A stretch of DNA of 63,357 bases, filler included, from Acetivibrio sp. (GCF_035371925.1; 4 parts of 4 records of this genome joined end to end with filler, not necessarily neighbours in it), one strand, 5' to 3'; shown: positions 11,288-25,221, numbered from the whole stretch's first letter. Translations and numbers: made by a program. The notes: a model not told the origin generated them from the sequence alone.

Positions 11288-11937
11288 AGTTTAGCTCCAC
11301 TCAAAGCACTTAAAACCTCTCGTGTGGTGTCATCCACACCTTCTTGACCATGTACGGTCAGAAGTTTTTCCTTCTTTTCATAGTATTCAATTAGAGGTTC
11401 CGTCTGCTTGTGATATGTGCTTAATCTTTGGATGACTGTTTCCTCTTTGTCATCATCCCTCTGAATCAATTCACTGTTGCAACTGTCGCAAAGGCCATCC
11501 GCCTTTGGTTGGTTATATATTATATGATAGCTCATACCACATTTTGAACAGACCCTGCGTCCTGACATTCTTTTGATTATCTCATCATCAGGAACATATA
11601 TGTTCAATGCATAGTCCAATTCAATAGCCAAGTCTTTCAACATTTCATCAAGCTTCTCAGCCTGATATATTGTTCTGGGGAAGCCGTCAAGGATAAAGCC
11701 ATCTTTGCAGTCTGCTTGAGAGATTCTATCTTTAACGATGTCCACTGTCAATTCATCCGGCACAAGCAATCCTTTGTCCATATATTCCTTGGCTTTTTTA
11801 CCAAGCTCTGTGCCGTTTTTAATATTTGAGCGGAACATGTCCCCAGTTGATATATGAGGTATATTATATTTTTGCGATATAACTACTGCCTGCGTTCCTT
11901 TTCCTGCGCCAGGCGCTCCAAGCAGAATAAGCCTCAT
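11284..11937 (-). CDS. adk: Adenylate kinase
   Basis: [26 protein letters not shown] and a Cys4 zinc lid. Confidence 0.99.
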   Translation of the reverse strand: MRLILLGAPGAGKGTQAVVISQKYNIPHISTGDMFRSNIKNGTELGKKAKEYMDKGLLVPDELTVDIVKDRISQADCKDGFILDGFPRTIYQAEKLDEMLKDLAIELDYALNIYVPDDEIIKRMSGRRVCSKCGMSYHIIYNQPKADGLCDSCNSELIQRDDDKEETVIQRLSTYHKQTEPLIEYYEKKEKLLTVHGQEGVDDTTREVLSALSGAKL

Positions 11938-12006
11938 AACTAATCCCCCTCACTAGATACCAAAATTATCAATTTACAAGTTAAGCACTTTTTAATTTGT
12001 CAGGCA

Positions 12007-13290
12007 TTATTCCAAGAAGCCTTTGTAATGTCTCATAATCATTTGTGACTCAATCTGCTTAACTGTTTCGAGGGCAACACCGACAAGAATAAGTACGCTG
12101 GTTCCTGCAAACCATATTCCACTGATTCCTGTTATTGCCTGCAATACTGAAGGTAATATCTGAATCAAGGCAAGGAACAAGGCTGAAAACCAGGTTATTC
12201 TGCTTATTACCTTGTAAATGTAGTCGGATGTCGGTTTTCCCGGTCTTATTCCGGGAATGAATCCGCCGTTTTTCTTAAGGTTGTTTGCAAGTTCAACCGG
12301 GTTGAACTGTATAAATGTATAGAAAAACGTAAAGAACATAATTAGAAGACCTGACAAAATGGATATTTCAATCCTGCTTTGGAAAGTTCTAAAGTACTGA
12401 GCCACAGGATGAGTCGAGTTCGGGAAGAAAAATCCTACTATTGTCGCAGGCAATGCAACAAAAGATGTAGCAAAGATAATAGGCAAAACACCCGCCATAT
12501 TTACCTTAATCGGAATATGAGTACTCTGCCCGCCATACATTTTTCTTCCTACAACACGCTTTGCATATTGCACGGGTATGCGCCTTTCAGCTTCTGTAAC
12601 CCATACAACGGCAGCAATAATGGCTACAAATATAACTATTACACCTATTACTCCGAAGATTCCCAAAATACCTTTACCTAATCTTTCCAATTTATACTGA
12701 TTGTACAGATAATAAATTCCCGAAGGTCCTCTTGATACAATACCTGCAAAGATTAGCAAAGATATTCCGTTTCCTATGCCATACTCTGTGATTTGCTCAC
12801 CAAGCCACATGAGGAAGGCAGTACCTGCTGTAAATGAAAGTGTAATTGTGATAAATGACAATATGTTTCTTTCATTAACGGCCTGGTCTAGTCCAAAGTA
12901 AAAAGCTGATGCTTGGAGGAATCCGAGAATTACTGCTCCATACCTTGTATACTCAGCAATAATCTTTCTGCCCTCTTCTCCTTCTTTTGCAAGAGCTTCA
13001 AGTTTAGGGATTGCTACTGTTAAAAGCTGTATAATGATCGAAGCGTTAATATAAGGGGAAATACTCATAGCAAAGATCGTTGCTTTCTCAAACGCTCCAC
13101 CTGACAATATATTAACGAATCCGAAGATTGTTCCTTCACCAACCATACTTTTTAACACATCAGGATTCAAGCCTGGAACCGGTATAAATGAACCTAACCT
13201 GAATATAAATATCATCAGCAATGTGAAAAACATCTTTTTTCTCAAGTCAGCTATCTTCCAGGCATTTCTCATAGTTGTAAACAACCCCAT
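12007..13290 (-). CDS. secY: Preprotein translocase SecY
   Basis: ISPYINASII, WLGEQITEYGIGNGISL, GGFIPGIRPGK; about 10 TM segments. Confidence 0.99.
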   Translation of the reverse strand: MGLFTTMRNAWKIADLRKKMFFTLLMIFIFRLGSFIPVPGLNPDVLKSMVGEGTIFGFVNILSGGAFEKATIFAMSISPYINASIIIQLLTVAIPKLEALAKEGEEGRKIIAEYTRYGAVILGFLQASAFYFGLDQAVNERNILSFITITLSFTAGTAFLMWLGEQITEYGIGNGISLLIFAGIVSRGPSGIYYLYNQYKLERLGKGILGIFGVIGVIVIFVAIIAAVVWVTEAERRIPVQYAKRVVGRKMYGGQSTHIPIKVNMAGVLPIIFATSFVALPATIVGFFFPNSTHPVAQYFRTFQSRIEISILSGLLIMFFTFFYTFIQFNPVELANNLKKNGGFIPGIRPGKPTSDYIYKVISRITWFSALFLALIQILPSVLQAITGISGIWFAGTSVLILVGVALETVKQIESQMIMRHYKGFLE

Positions 13291-13291
13291 A

Positions 13292-13732
13292 TTATATCAC
13301 CTCGACCTTTCCTCCCGCAGCCTCAATTTTCTCTGAAGCCGTTTTTGTAAATCTTGCAGCCTTTACGGTAAGTTTTTTTGTCAGCTCGCCATTACCTAGG
13401 ATTGCCACACCATCGTTAATCTTCTTGATAATGCCCTTTTCTTTCAAGAGCTCTTGCGTCACAACCGTTCCGTTATCAAACACGTTTAATGCAGACACAT
13501 TAACTTCTGTGTATACCTTTGCAAATATATTGTTGAATCCTCTCTTTGGAATTCTTCTGTAGAGAGGCATCTGTCCACCTTCAAATCCCGGTCTTACACC
13601 GCCGCCGGCACGGGCATTTTGTCCTTTATGTCCTTTTCCCGCTGTCTTTCCGTTACCGGTTCCGTGTCCTCTACCTTTTCTTTTAGGCAGCTTCTTTGAG
13701 CCTGGAGCAGGTTGTAATTCAAACAACTTCAT
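13292..13732 (-). CDS. rplO: 50S ribosomal protein L15
   Basis: [11 protein letters not shown] and [18 protein letters not shown]. Confidence 0.99.
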   Translation of the reverse strand: MKLFELQPAPGSKKLPKRKGRGHGTGNGKTAGKGHKGQNARAGGGVRPGFEGGQMPLYRRIPKRGFNNIFAKVYTEVNVSALNVFDNGTVVTQELLKEKGIIKKINDGVAILGNGELTKKLTVKAARFTKTASEKIEAAGGKVEVI

Positions 13733-13746
13733 GGATTACACCTCCT

Positions 13747-13926
13747 TTATATTTCTTCTACTGATAAAACATGTTCAACTTTCTTAATCATACCTCTAAT
13801 CTGAGGGTTATCCTGCTGTTCAACACAGGAGCCGATTTTTCTCAATCCCAAAGCCTTAACTGTTGCTGCCTGTGCTTCTTTTAATTTATTGGTACTCTTG
13901 ACCAAAGTTATTTTTAGCTTTGCCAC
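13747..13926 (-). CDS. rpmD: 50S ribosomal protein L30 (missing from ORF track)
   Basis: GTG start; [11 protein letters not shown]...[35 protein letters not shown]; lies between rpsE and rplO. Confidence 0.97.
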   Translation of the reverse strand: MAKLKITLVKSTNKLKEAQAATVKALGLRKIGSCVEQQDNPQIRGMIKKVEHVLSVEEI

Positions 13927-13938
13927 TAGAGTTCCCTC

Positions 13939-14439
13939 CTAACCTAATACTTCTTCCACAGTTTTATTGCGAAGCTTAGCCACTTCTTCTGCAGTTTTTA
14001 GCTGAGAGAGACCTTCTATAGTTGCATGAACCATATTTATAGGATTATTTGATCCTAAAGACTTTGTTCTGATGTCCTTTATGCCTGCCAACTCCAGAAC
14101 CGCTCTAACCGGACCTCCAGCTATAACTCCTGTACCGGCTTTGGCCGGTTTAAGAAGTACCTTTCCTGCACCGAACTCCCCAATTACCTCATGAGGAATT
14201 GTTGTATCAACTAACGGAACTTTTATAAGATTCTTCTTGGCATCTTCAATACCTTTTCTTATTGCATCAGATATTTCTGCTGCCTTACCCATACCGGTGC
14301 CTACATGACCATTTTCGTCCCCTACAACAACAAGGGCACTAAAACGGAAGTTTCTACCGCCCTTAACAACCTTGGTTACACGACCAATATTAACAACTTT
14401 TTCTTTAAGATCTAATACACTGGCATCTATGCGTTGCAA
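13939..14439 (-). CDS. rpsE: 30S ribosomal protein S5
   Basis: [25 protein letters not shown] start at 14439 follows a GGGAGG RBS (ORF track overextends into rplR). Confidence 0.98.
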   Translation of the reverse strand: MQRIDASVLDLKEKVVNIGRVTKVVKGGRNFRFSALVVVGDENGHVGTGMGKAAEISDAIRKGIEDAKKNLIKVPLVDTTIPHEVIGEFGAGKVLLKPAKAGTGVIAGGPVRAVLELAGIKDIRTKSLGSNNPINMVHATIEGLSQLKTAEEVAKLRNKTVEEVLG

Positions 14440-14458
14440 ATTTTTCTCCCTCCTTCTA

Positions 14459-14827
14459 TTAGAACTCCAGTCCCGCTTCTCTTGCAGCTTCTGCAAGTTC
14501 CTTGACTCGACCGTGATATATATATCCGCCTCTGTCAAAAACGACACGCTTTATACCGCTGGCTAACGCCCTCTGTGCAACAAGCTTGCCGACTTCCTTG
14601 GCAGCTTCTTTGTTTCCACAATAGTCCAACTTGCTTTTTATGTCCTTGTCAAGCGACGAAGCAGAAACAAGAGTTCTACCAGCTGTATCATCAATCACCT
14701 GAGCATAGATATTTGTCAAACTTCTGTATACGTTGAGACGCGGACGTTCCGGTGTCCCAAAAACCTTTTTTCTAACTCTCGCATGCTTTCTTACTCTGGC
14801 AACATTTGATCCGGGTTTTTTTATCAT
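14459..14827 (-). CDS. rplR: 50S ribosomal protein L18
   Basis: [22 protein letters not shown] and AREAGLEF. Confidence 0.99.
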   Translation of the reverse strand: MIKKPGSNVARVRKHARVRKKVFGTPERPRLNVYRSLTNIYAQVIDDTAGRTLVSASSLDKDIKSKLDYCGNKEAAKEVGKLVAQRALASGIKRVVFDRGGYIYHGRVKELAEAAREAGLEF

Positions 14828-14842
14828 TTATTTCACTCCCTC

Positions 14843-15394
14843 CTATTTCTTACCTTTGCCGCCTGTTTTACCTTCTTTGCGTCTGATTACTTCATCCTCA
14901 TACTTGATTCCTTTTCCTTTGTAAACCTCAGGTTCTCTCTTGCTTCTGATCTTGGCAGCAAATTCACCAACAGCCTGTTTATCCATACCTTTTACAACTA
15001 TTTTGTTTGGAGCAGGCACTTCAACGGTTATTCCCTGAGGCTCTTCCATCTCAACCGGATGAGAATATCCAAGAGTCAAAACAAGCTTTTTCCCTTGTTT
15101 TTGTGCTCTGTAACCAACACCGTTTATTTCCAAAGCCTTTTCATATCCTTGAGTAACACCTATAACCATGTTGTTTATAAGTGTTCTGGTAAGACCGTGT
15201 AAAGCTTTGTGTTTCTTTTCGTCAGAAGGCCTTTGAACAACAATTTTATCTCCTTCAACCTTAATGATCATTTCTTTGTGGAACTGTTTAGTCAAAGTTC
15301 CTTTTTGCCCTTTAACAGTCAGAGTATTGTTGTCGCCTAACTTCACATCAACACCCTTTGGAACTGCTATCGGTAATCTACCTATTCTTGACAT
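14843..15394 (-). CDS. rplF: 50S ribosomal protein L6
   Basis: [15 protein letters not shown] and PEVYKGKGI. Confidence 0.99.
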   Translation of the reverse strand: MSRIGRLPIAVPKGVDVKLGDNNTLTVKGQKGTLTKQFHKEMIIKVEGDKIVVQRPSDEKKHKALHGLTRTLINNMVIGVTQGYEKALEINGVGYRAQKQGKKLVLTLGYSHPVEMEEPQGITVEVPAPNKIVVKGMDKQAVGEFAAKIRSKREPEVYKGKGIKYEDEVIRRKEGKTGGKGKK

Positions 15395-15467
15395 TTCGGC
15401 ACCTCCAGTTCTTAAGATTGCGAGTTTAGGCTATTTTCTCCCAAACCCTTTTCAGAAACTTTTTATA

Positions 15468-15866
15468 TTACCATACAAACGCTAAAACCTCGCCGCCGAC
15501 GCCCTCAGCTCTCGCTTTTTTGTCAGTCATAATTCCTTTTGACGTTGAAATTATAGCGATTCCAAGGCCTCCAAGTACTTTCGGTATTTCGCTTTTTCCG
15601 GCATATACACGAAGTCCAGGTTTACTGATTCTCTTTATTCCTGAAATAACATTTTGCTTGTTATTTGTGTATTTTAATTTTATTCTTATTACTCCCTGCT
15701 TACCGTCATTAATTTCTTCTATGCCTTTTATATAACCCTCTTCCAGCAAGATGTTTGCTATTGCTCTTTTAATGTTGGAAGCAGGTATATCAACCGTCTC
15801 ATGTTTTGCAGAACTAGCATTTCTTATTCTGGTCAACATATCTGCGATTACGTCCGTTACCTGCAT
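15468..15866 (-). CDS. rpsH: 30S ribosomal protein S8
   Basis: [20 protein letters not shown] and GGEVLAFVW. Confidence 0.99.
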   Translation of the reverse strand: MQVTDVIADMLTRIRNASSAKHETVDIPASNIKRAIANILLEEGYIKGIEEINDGKQGVIRIKLKYTNNKQNVISGIKRISKPGLRVYAGKSEIPKVLGGLGIAIISTSKGIMTDKKARAEGVGGEVLAFVW

Positions 15867-15892
15867 ATGTTTAACCTCCTTTCACAAGATAA

Positions 15893-16078
15893 CTACCAAC
15901 TTGCTTTACGAACACCGGGGATCTGTCCTTTATAAGCCAATTCTCTGAAGCACAAACGACAAATTCCGAATTTTCTCATATAGGCATGTGGCCTTGCGCA
16001 AAGTTTGCATCTGTTGTATGCTCTTGTCTTATACTTTGGTGCTCTTTGTTGCTTTATAATCAAAGATTTTTTTGCCAC
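15893..16078 (-). CDS. rpsN: 30S ribosomal protein S14 (zinc type Z)
   Basis: [24 protein letters not shown]...GVRKASW. Confidence 0.98.
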   Translation of the reverse strand: MAKKSLIIKQQRAPKYKTRAYNRCKLCARPHAYMRKFGICRLCFRELAYKGQIPGVRKASW

Positions 16079-16093
16079 GCAGAAATCCCTCCT

Positions 16094-16642
16094 TTAGCTT
16101 TGGCTAAACGGCATTCCCAATAATTTGAGGAGTTCTTTTGCCTCTTCATCGGTTTTTGCCGTTGTTACAAATGTTATATCCATTCCTCTTATCTTATCAA
16201 TCTTGTCATAATCAATTTCAGGGAATATAAGCTGTTCTTTCACACCCATGGAATAATTTCCTCTTCCGTCAAAGGAGTTTACAGGTACGCCTCTAAAGTC
16301 CCTTACTCTTGGCAGGGAAACATTTATGAGTTTGTCAGCAAACTCATACATCTTATCCCCTCTTAATGTCACTTTACAACCGATATTCATTCCTTGTCTT
16401 ATCTTAAATGCAGCAACTGATTTTTTTGCTTTGGTTACAACAGGCTTCTGACCGCTTATCAGTGCCATATCATTTACTGCCGAATCTATAGCTTTAGGAT
16501 TATCCTTTACATCTCCAACACCCATGTTCAAAACTATCTTTTCAAGTTTTGGAACTTGCATCGGACTTTTATATTTAAACTTTGCCTGTAAAGCCGGAAC
16601 AACTTCATTAACATATTTGTCTTTCAGTCTTGGCATCAACAA
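16094..16642 (-). CDS. rplE: 50S ribosomal protein L5
   Basis: [30 protein letters not shown]. The start may be the ATG at 16636. Confidence 0.99.
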   Translation of the reverse strand: MLMPRLKDKYVNEVVPALQAKFKYKSPMQVPKLEKIVLNMGVGDVKDNPKAIDSAVNDMALISGQKPVVTKAKKSVAAFKIRQGMNIGCKVTLRGDKMYEFADKLINVSLPRVRDFRGVPVNSFDGRGNYSMGVKEQLIFPEIDYDKIDKIRGMDITFVTTAKTDEEAKELLKLLGMPFSQS

Positions 16643-16668
16643 TTACCTCCTTTCCTAAAGAACCTCAA

Positions 16669-17013
16669 TTACTTTTTTGCTTCCCTTATTACATCTATTG
16701 TAGAATTGCATTTCTTGCACTCTCTATTTTTTTCGCCGTTTTCGAGAACACGTCTTCTAACCTTCGTTGGCTTTCCGCATTTGGGGCAAACCAGCATAAC
16801 ATTTGAAGCATGTATAGGCGCTTCCTTCTCGATTATACCGCCTTGTTGATATTGAGATCTCGGTTTTTGATGCTTCTTTACAATGTTCATTCCTTCAACA
16901 ATAACTGTTCCGTCCTTGGCATTTACGTCTAAAACTTTACCCTTTTTTCCTTCCTTTTTTCCGGTTAGAAGTACAACCGTATCTCCTTTTTTTACATGAA
17001 CCTTGTTACTCAA
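16669..17013 (-). CDS. rplX: 50S ribosomal protein L24
   Basis: [18 protein letters not shown] and EAPIHASNV. Confidence 0.99.
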   Translation of the reverse strand: MSNKVHVKKGDTVVLLTGKKEGKKGKVLDVNAKDGTVIVEGMNIVKKHQKPRSQYQQGGIIEKEAPIHASNVMLVCPKCGKPTKVRRRVLENGEKNRECKKCNSTIDVIREAKK

Positions 17014-17031
17014 CTTAAGCCGCCTCCTCCC

Positions 17032-17064
17032 TTATAGAACTTCTGGTGCGAGGGACAAAATTTT
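17032..17064 (-). CDS. rplN: 50S ribosomal protein L14, C-terminal fragment cut by the gap
   Basis: Translates KILSLAPEVL*, the L14 C-terminus, directly upstream of rplX. Confidence 0.9.
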   Translation of the reverse strand, partial: KILSLAPEVL

Positions 17065-17164
17065 NNNNNNNNNNNNNNNNNNNNNNNNNNNNNNNNNNNN
17101 NNNNNNNNTTAATTAATTAANNNNNNNNNNNNNNNNNNNNNNNNNNNNNNNNNNNNNNNNNNNN
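17065..17164. other. Artificial contig joint (N44-TTAATTAATTAA-N44)
   Basis: 12-mer containing TAA stops in all six frames at 17109-17120, flanked by Ns; the same structure occurs at two other joints. Confidence 0.97.
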
Positions 17165-17437
17165 TTCTATCATCTAAAATATTATATGTCAAATAATTTA
17201 TTTTTGTCATTTTCATTTTAAAATTATTACATATAATAGAATATGTATATTTGCTATTTATATGCGCATTTATAAATTTTCTTCTAAGCTTTACAATTGT
17301 GTTACAAAGAAGGGAACCGAAGGCTTTTGTCGAATTATATAAGTAATATGGCGCATTTTACCCAATCCCCAAAATGCAATAAATATATGGCTTTACGCCT
17401 GAAAGCAAAAATACAAAAGACAAATGTGGAGGAGAAT

Positions 17438-19147
17438 ATGAAAGGTAGTTTTTGGTCAAAAGCTAAAGCAAAATCGATGGTATTTCGATTGATATTGATA
17501 TCTTTAATTTATGTGTCGGTGCTGTTTGTGCAAGATTTTACTGTTTACGCATACCAAGGGATTCCCCAAAAGGTTCGGATCGGTCTTCTGTTTAACGATT
17601 CACAGACAGGTCAATATTCGGCAGTTTCAAGCTTTACAGTCGACAGCCAGAAAGGACTTCAGTTGGGGTACTTTTCTGAAGAGGGATTTGTCTGCCTTTT
17701 CAAGGAACCTTCCAAAGATGCAGTTACTGTAAGAAAGGATGCTTTTTTTGCAAAAGGAAGCAGCGGACTTACCGAATTTGACCCTTCTTCAGGGAAAATC
17801 CCTTCGGGAGAGATAATTGGTGCTTATCATATAAAAATAGGCAAGGATTATAAAGATTATAATTCTCTTTACAAAGAGCTTGTTGAAGTCAAGCAAAAAG
17901 GTGTGGATGCCTATCCGGCATATGATGACGGTTGGCAGATTTGGACAGGTTTTTACCTTGACGAAAACGAGGCACAGACGGCGATAACGAAGAATATAGA
18001 CCCGGCTTTAGGAACCGGCGATTATAGTGTTGTGTCTCCGTCTGCATCAAGGATAACTGTTTTGTCAAAGGACGGACAGCCAATCCTTGTGTTTGATTCA
18101 ATATACTATGCCTTTGGTGTACAGCCTGAAGTTGAAGATGGGACCGGCGTTTTAAGAATAAATGGAGATGACAAAAGTAGATATCGCGGTGGGCTTGAAG
18201 TTTTAAGACTCTCCGGAAGTGATATGACAGTAATTAATGTAATCAATATTGAACAATATCTGTATGGGGTTGTACCCTACGAAATACAGGCAAGCTCCCA
18301 TCCGGAAGCACTTAAAGCCCAGGCTGTTGCGGCGAGAACCTATACTGTGAACAACTTGAACAAATACAAAAGGCTGCAGTTTGATTTGTGTCCCACTGTG
18401 TATTCTCAAGTGTATAAGGGCTTTGACGGAGAAGCGGCATCAACAAATAAAGCTGTTGACGATACGAAGGGAAAGATAGTTACATACAACGGAAAGCCTG
18501 CTTCGGTATTCTATTTCAGCTCCAGCGGGGGCAGAACCGAAGATGTAAGGAATGTTTGGGGAAGTGAAGGATATCCGTATCTTGTAAGCGTTGAAGACAA
18601 ATATGAGTCCGGAGATTCGTGGCATTACAATTGGGAGGTTTCGTTTACGGCACAGAAGATAAAGCAGATAATGACAGATCGGGGCTTAAAGTTGGGAGAC
18701 ATACTGGGAATTTATATAACAAAGAGGTCCGAAGCGGGAAGAGCAACCGAGGTGATAGTCAAGGGAAGTCAAGGTGAGAAGGTATATACAAACAGTTCCA
18801 CAAGAAGCTTTTTAAGCCTTGACAGCCAATGGTATGAAATTACCACGGATGCAGATATATTTGTAAACGGAAATGGCGATGAGCCGGTTATGACACAGCT
18901 TGGCGGGAAAAAGGTGATGACGGCTTCGGGATTGAAAACCGTAAACTCAACAAACGGCAAGGTAAATGTTGTCAATTCAAATGGTACGAAGGTTGTTCCT
19001 TTGATTCCGACAAACTATATCTTTAAAGGGAAAGGATGGGGCCATAGCGTAGGTATGAGTCAGGAAGGTGCCAAGGGTATGGCTAAGGCCGGATTTACTT
19101 ACGAGGAAATATTGACCCATTATTTTCCGGGAACCAAAGTTGAATAA
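17438..19147 (+). CDS. SpoIID/LytB domain protein
   Basis: EQYLYGVVPYE, EALKAQAVAARTY, QVYKG, FSSSGGRTED and GWGHSVGMSQEGA. ATG at 17438 follows GGAGGAG (ORF track starts at 17297). Confidence 0.92.
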   Translation: MKGSFWSKAKAKSMVFRLILISLIYVSVLFVQDFTVYAYQGIPQKVRIGLLFNDSQTGQYSAVSSFTVDSQKGLQLGYFSEEGFVCLFKEPSKDAVTVRKDAFFAKGSSGLTEFDPSSGKIPSGEIIGAYHIKIGKDYKDYNSLYKELVEVKQKGVDAYPAYDDGWQIWTGFYLDENEAQTAITKNIDPALGTGDYSVVSPSASRITVLSKDGQPILVFDSIYYAFGVQPEVEDGTGVLRINGDDKSRYRGGLEVLRLSGSDMTVINVINIEQYLYGVVPYEIQASSHPEALKAQAVAARTYTVNNLNKYKRLQFDLCPTVYSQVYKGFDGEAASTNKAVDDTKGKIVTYNGKPASVFYFSSSGGRTEDVRNVWGSEGYPYLVSVEDKYESGDSWHYNWEVSFTAQKIKQIMTDRGLKLGDILGIYITKRSEAGRATEVIVKGSQGEKVYTNSSTRSFLSLDSQWYEITTDADIFVNGNGDEPVMTQLGGKKVMTASGLKTVNSTNGKVNVVNSNGTKVVPLIPTNYIFKGKGWGHSVGMSQEGAKGMAKAGFTYEEILTHYFPGTKVE

Positions 19148-19191
19148 ATCTGCTTTTGGGTAATGCTTTTGAATAATAGTTTTTAGATACT

Positions 19192-19218
19192 ACTCCGGAA
19201 TGTTTTCCGGAGTTTTTA
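19192..19218 (+). terminator. Intrinsic terminator after the SpoIID/LytB gene
   Basis: ACTCCGGAA-TGTT-TTCCGGAGT followed by Ts. Confidence 0.7.
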
Positions 19219-19418
19219 TATTGCTTTATGCAGTTTTTTGCATTTGAACCTTGCATGAAAGAAGGATTTAATGTATTATTCTATATAAATCGCATAAAAT
19301 ATCATAAAACAACTATGTAATTAAATTATGTAATTGGACTGTGGAGATAAATTACTATATTACTAATTGAAATAAACATATTGCGAAATAAAAATATATG
19401 AAACGGTGTTAATTTATT

Positions 19419-20444
19419 ATGAAGGTTAGTGATTTTTACTATGATTTGCCGCAAGAATTGATTGCGCAGGAGCCTATCGCCAAAAGGGATATGTCAAGGC
19501 TTATGGTTCTCGACAAAGAAACGGGAGAGATTTGCCATAAGCAGTTTAAGGATATTGTAGAGTACATAAACAAAGGTGATTGCCTGGTTTTAAATGACAC
19601 CAGGGTTATCCCCGCAAGACTTTTAGGAGAAAAGGAAGGAACAGGGGGTAAAATTGAGTTCGTCCTTTTAAAAAAGATTAACGGAGATGTCTGGGAAGTT
19701 ATTTTAAAGCCGGGAAAAAAGGCAAAACCGGGGGCGAGGTTTGTATTTGGAAATGGCGAGCTTAAGGCGGAGGTCATTGAGATAATTGAAGAAGGAAACA
19801 GACTTGTAAGATTTGAGTATCACGGCATTTTTGAAGAGATTCTTGACAGGGTTGGTATTGTACCGCTGCCCCCTTATATAACAAAAAAGTTGGATGATGC
19901 GGAAAGATACCAGACTGTTTATTCAAAATACAGGGGCTCTGCCGCAGCTCCCACTGCAGGGCTTCACTTTACTGTGGAGCTTTTGGATGAATTGGCAAGC
20001 CGGGGCGTAAATATTGCTTATGTGACGCTTCATGTGGGACTTGGCACATTCAGACCGGTGAAGGCTGAAACCTTGGAAGAGCACAAAATGCACAGTGAGT
20101 TTTACCGGATAAATGAAGAGGACTGCAAGAAGATAAATACTGCAAAGGAAAACGGCTGCAAGGTAATAGCGGTGGGGACCACGAGTTGCAGGGTGCTTGA
20201 AACGGTAGGAGATGAAAAAGGAAATGTAAAGCCCCAAAGCGGGTGGACTGATATTTTTATTTACCCGGGATACAAGTTTAAAGTGGTGGATTCGTTGATA
20301 ACCAATTTCCACCTGCCGGAATCCACACTTATTATGCTTGTGAGTGCTCTGGCAGGGCGTGAAAAGATATTGGAGGCTTATAATGTTGCCGTCAGCGAAA
20401 GGTACAGGTTTTTCAGCTTCGGTGACGCCATGTTTATAAAGTAA
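19419..20444 (+). CDS. queA: S-adenosylmethionine:tRNA ribosyltransferase-isomerase QueA
   Basis: [34 protein letters not shown] and [10 protein letters not shown]. Confidence 0.99.
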   Translation: MKVSDFYYDLPQELIAQEPIAKRDMSRLMVLDKETGEICHKQFKDIVEYINKGDCLVLNDTRVIPARLLGEKEGTGGKIEFVLLKKINGDVWEVILKPGKKAKPGARFVFGNGELKAEVIEIIEEGNRLVRFEYHGIFEEILDRVGIVPLPPYITKKLDDAERYQTVYSKYRGSAAAPTAGLHFTVELLDELASRGVNIAYVTLHVGLGTFRPVKAETLEEHKMHSEFYRINEEDCKKINTAKENGCKVIAVGTTSCRVLETVGDEKGNVKPQSGWTDIFIYPGYKFKVVDSLITNFHLPESTLIMLVSALAGREKILEAYNVAVSERYRFFSFGDAMFIK

Positions 20445-20457
20445 ATATTAATGGTAA

Positions 20458-21597
<1,140 letters not shown>

Positions 21598-21662
21598 CAG
21601 TAAAATTTGATTTAACAATATAGGCAGCAACAAGACAATAAAAAATTGAGAGGAGGTTTCAT

Positions 21663-21962
21663 ATGCCGCAAGAAGGAGGAGCAGGTATCCAGGAGCTTAT
21701 AGGTGCGTTGATTGTGCCCGTGGCTTTTATTGTCATCATGTATTTGATGGTAATTTTACCCCAGAAAAAGAGGGACAAGAAGCACTCAGAAATGCTTCAA
21801 GCACTTAAGACTGGAGATAATATTGTTACAACCGGAGGAATTATCGGAAAGATAATAAATATCAAGGATGATGAAGTAACTATCGAGACCAGCGTTGAAA
21901 GAACGCAGATAAAAATTTTAAGAGCGGCTATAAGCAGAGTTGTAGAATCCAGTGAAGCGTAA
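21663..21962 (+). CDS. yajC: Preprotein translocase subunit YajC
   Basis: Single TM helix, then PQKKR..., GDNIVTTGGIIGKI; follows queA-tgt. Confidence 0.96.
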   Translation: MPQEGGAGIQELIGALIVPVAFIVIMYLMVILPQKKRDKKHSEMLQALKTGDNIVTTGGIIGKIINIKDDEVTIETSVERTQIKILRAAISRVVESSEA

Positions 21963-21992
21963 AATACATAGCTATTTTCTGTTGTTTGAAAA

Positions 21993-22014
21993 AGGGTAGC
22001 CTAATGGCTACCCT
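21993..22014. terminator. Hairpin between the convergent yajC and carbohydrate-binding protein genes
   Basis: AGGGTAGCC-TAAT-GGCTACCCT. Confidence 0.6.
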
Positions 22015-22474
22015 CATAAACATAGTTTTTAAAAGTGTAGTTCATGCCTGAATTGTTGTCCCAGTTGTCGTTATCATCTTTAAATGCCATATTAATGTTA
22101 CCTGTCCTGTTTACCGGAAATAACAATTCATACTTTTGATCGCCTATCTTGCGCATGGTATAGGATTCGACATCTTCCCAGGCAAGGTTGTTTCCGTAAC
22201 CGATTACTGCATACAAATTCTCAGGATTATTTTTGGCCAGAATACCGCTGTATACCAGTCGAAATACATTTCTGGCGTCTTGAATTTCAACTCCGTTGTT
22301 TGAATAAGAATTATTGGCTTCATACATATTATTTCCGTAAGGTTCCGTTGTCATGTCCAGCGAGAACTCTTCGCTAAACGGCTGGAACTTTTTCACCTTG
22401 TTTTGAGCCGCATCAGCATTGTTATCCGAGTCGGCGCTGCTTTGTGTATTGAATAAAAAATCAAAAAATCCCAT
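22001..22474 (-). CDS. Small carbohydrate/starch-binding module protein (CBM25/CBM53-like)
   Basis: YSGILAK...GYGNNLAWED and INMAFKDDNDNWDNNSGMNY (the WDNN motif of starch-binding modules). Confidence 0.75.
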   Translation of the reverse strand: MGFFDFLFNTQSSADSDNNADAAQNKVKKFQPFSEEFSLDMTTEPYGNNMYEANNSYSNNGVEIQDARNVFRLVYSGILAKNNPENLYAVIGYGNNLAWEDVESYTMRKIGDQKYELLFPVNRTGNINMAFKDDNDNWDNNSGMNYTFKNYVYEGSH

Positions 22475-22769
22475 AATTGAACCTCCAGTTTTATCGATTC
22501 TTACTTCGCATTTTACTGCCCTAATTTAAAAAGCAATAATATTCTGGAGCTTTTCATATATAGTTTAATCAATTTGAACGACATTTATTTTATTAATTAT
22601 AGTGTATGGTGTTTTTATATTCTATGTATACCAGAATAAGTTTTTATATTTTCATAAAATATCGAAAAGATAAAATTTAAGTTAATTTTAAATTATTTGC
22701 TTTATTGGTTCTAACTTTTGAACAAACATAATAGATTGTAGTATAAAAAACATCTATTGGGGGGTTTTT

Positions 22770-23180
22770 ATGATTAACAAGACTGGTCAGGCGGCGAAGA
22801 ATATTTTAAGTGGACACACAAATGTTATTACAATTATAAAGGGAATATTAATATCATATTTATTTACACTGCCAATGTTCGCTATTTTTGCATATTTTCT
22901 AAGATTTACTGATTTTCCTCTAAAATATATGTCCACTGCAGTTATAATTACCACATTGCTCAGTATAGTGATAGCGGGATGGATATCCGCCAAAAATGTA
23001 AAAAGCAAGGGATGGCTTAACGGAGCAATAGTGGGATTTATATATATGCTGATTTTATATTTGATAAGCAGCATAGTTTACAGGGATTTTGCCGTAAACA
23101 GTTATGTATTGATATTGCTTGCCATCGGAGTGTTGTCGGGAAGTATAGGCGGTATACTGGGCATTAATTTAAAAAGATGA
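22770..23180 (+). CDS. TIGR04086-like membrane protein
   Basis: Four TM segments, KGWLNGAIVGFIYMLIL and GGILGINL. Confidence 0.75.
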   Translation: MINKTGQAAKNILSGHTNVITIIKGILISYLFTLPMFAIFAYFLRFTDFPLKYMSTAVIITTLLSIVIAGWISAKNVKSKGWLNGAIVGFIYMLILYLISSIVYRDFAVNSYVLILLAIGVLSGSIGGILGINLKR

Positions 23181-23286
23181 TACAGTGATAGAAGGAAAAA
23201 ATAGAATGAAAAATAAAAAATATAATAATAAATGTATGGACAATTGACTTTTGATGTGTTAACATTAGATAGAATTAAATAATAAA

Positions 23287-23400
23287 CCTTTAATTAAGTC
23301 CAGAGAGACTCAGAAGGTAAGATATTTTGTTGAATAGTATACGATGGTTCTATACGTTTATTGTCATGTAGCTTCTTGCCGACTGGTAAGAAGCTTTTTT
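23287..23400 (+). promoter_or_regulatory. PyrR-binding loop and attenuator terminator
   Basis: CCTTT..AGTCCAGAGAGACT..AGAAGG at 23287-23317 (PyrR loop consensus), then hairpin AGCTTCTTGCC-GACT-GGTAAGAAGCT plus T-run at 23370-23400. Confidence 0.88.
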
Positions 23401-23418
23401 AGAGTGTTTTATAAATAA

Positions 23419-24006
<588 letters not shown>

Positions 24007-24282
24007 GGGAATATAAATTTTAAGGTTTCAAGGGAAGGGTACGATTTATGAAAAACTGTAAAAGCATTATTAATAATATTAATAATAAAGTAAAAGCCAA
24101 GCAAAAATATGTGCTATTATTCCCATTTTTAAATATGAAGCCTTTACAATTTGTTCAGATAAAAATACAGTATTTTTTAAAAAATAGTAAGGAATTCCAC
24201 TATCCTTACTATTTTTTTGAGGACATTTGATACTAATAATATTAATTAATATAAATAGTTTATTTTAGAGTGAGGTGTAAAA

Positions 24283-25221
24283 ATGACTTTAAAATCAAAA
24301 GACCTCTTAGGACTTAAGGATTTGACGGCAGAAGAAATACAATACATTTTAAATACCGCAAAAACAATGAAGGTTATCCTTTTGTCAAAAAACAAGAAAG
24401 CTCCTCATTTGCAGGGAAAATCAATAATTACCCTGTTTTATGAGAACAGCACAAGGACAAGATTGTCCTTCGAACTTGCTTCAAAATACTTGAGTGCAAG
24501 TGCTGCCAACATTTCTGTGGCAAGCAGCAGTGTAGCCAAAGGTGAAACACTTATAGATACCGGAAAAACCATTGACATGATGGGTGCGGATGTAATCATA
24601 ATCAGGCATTCCATGTCGGGAGCGCCTCATCTTCTTGCGAAGAACGTAAACGCATCGGTAATAAATGCCGGTGATGGTATGAATGAGCATCCAACCCAGG
24701 CACTTCTCGATATGTTTACCATAATCGAGAAAAAAGGAAGTCTTAAGGGGCTGAAGGTTGCCATAATCGGTGATATATATCACAGCAGAGTGGCAAGAAG
24801 CAACATCTGGGGTATGACAAAGCTTGGCGCCGAAGTAAGTGTTGCCGGGCCTTCCACTCTGATACCTCCGGAATTGGATAAGACCGGTGTGAAGGTATTT
24901 ACCACCGTTCAGGAGGCATTGATTGATGCAGATGTGGTAATGGGACTTAGAATTCAAAAGGAAAGACAGAAAAGCGGCTTGTTTCCGAGCTTAAGAGAAT
25001 ATTCGAGATTCTTCGGATTGGATGAAAAACGATTGAAGCTTGCAAAAGAGGATGCTCTGATATTGCATCCGGGACCGGTCAACAGAGGTGTGGAATTGCC
25101 GTCATCGGTAATCGACTCTGACAGGTCGTTTATAAACGAGCAGGTTACTAATGGAGTTGCTGTGAGAATGGCTCTTCTTTATCTTTTAACAAGGAGGGAT
25201 AGCGGTGAGAGTATTAATTAA
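24283..25221 (+). CDS. pyrB: Aspartate carbamoyltransferase catalytic subunit
   Basis: [28 protein letters not shown] and HPGPVNRG. Confidence 0.99.
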   Translation: MTLKSKDLLGLKDLTAEEIQYILNTAKTMKVILLSKNKKAPHLQGKSIITLFYENSTRTRLSFELASKYLSASAANISVASSSVAKGETLIDTGKTIDMMGADVIIIRHSMSGAPHLLAKNVNASVINAGDGMNEHPTQALLDMFTIIEKKGSLKGLKVAIIGDIYHSRVARSNIWGMTKLGAEVSVAGPSTLIPPELDKTGVKVFTTVQEALIDADVVMGLRIQKERQKSGLFPSLREYSRFFGLDEKRLKLAKEDALILHPGPVNRGVELPSSVIDSDRSFINEQVTNGVAVRMALLYLLTRRDSGESIN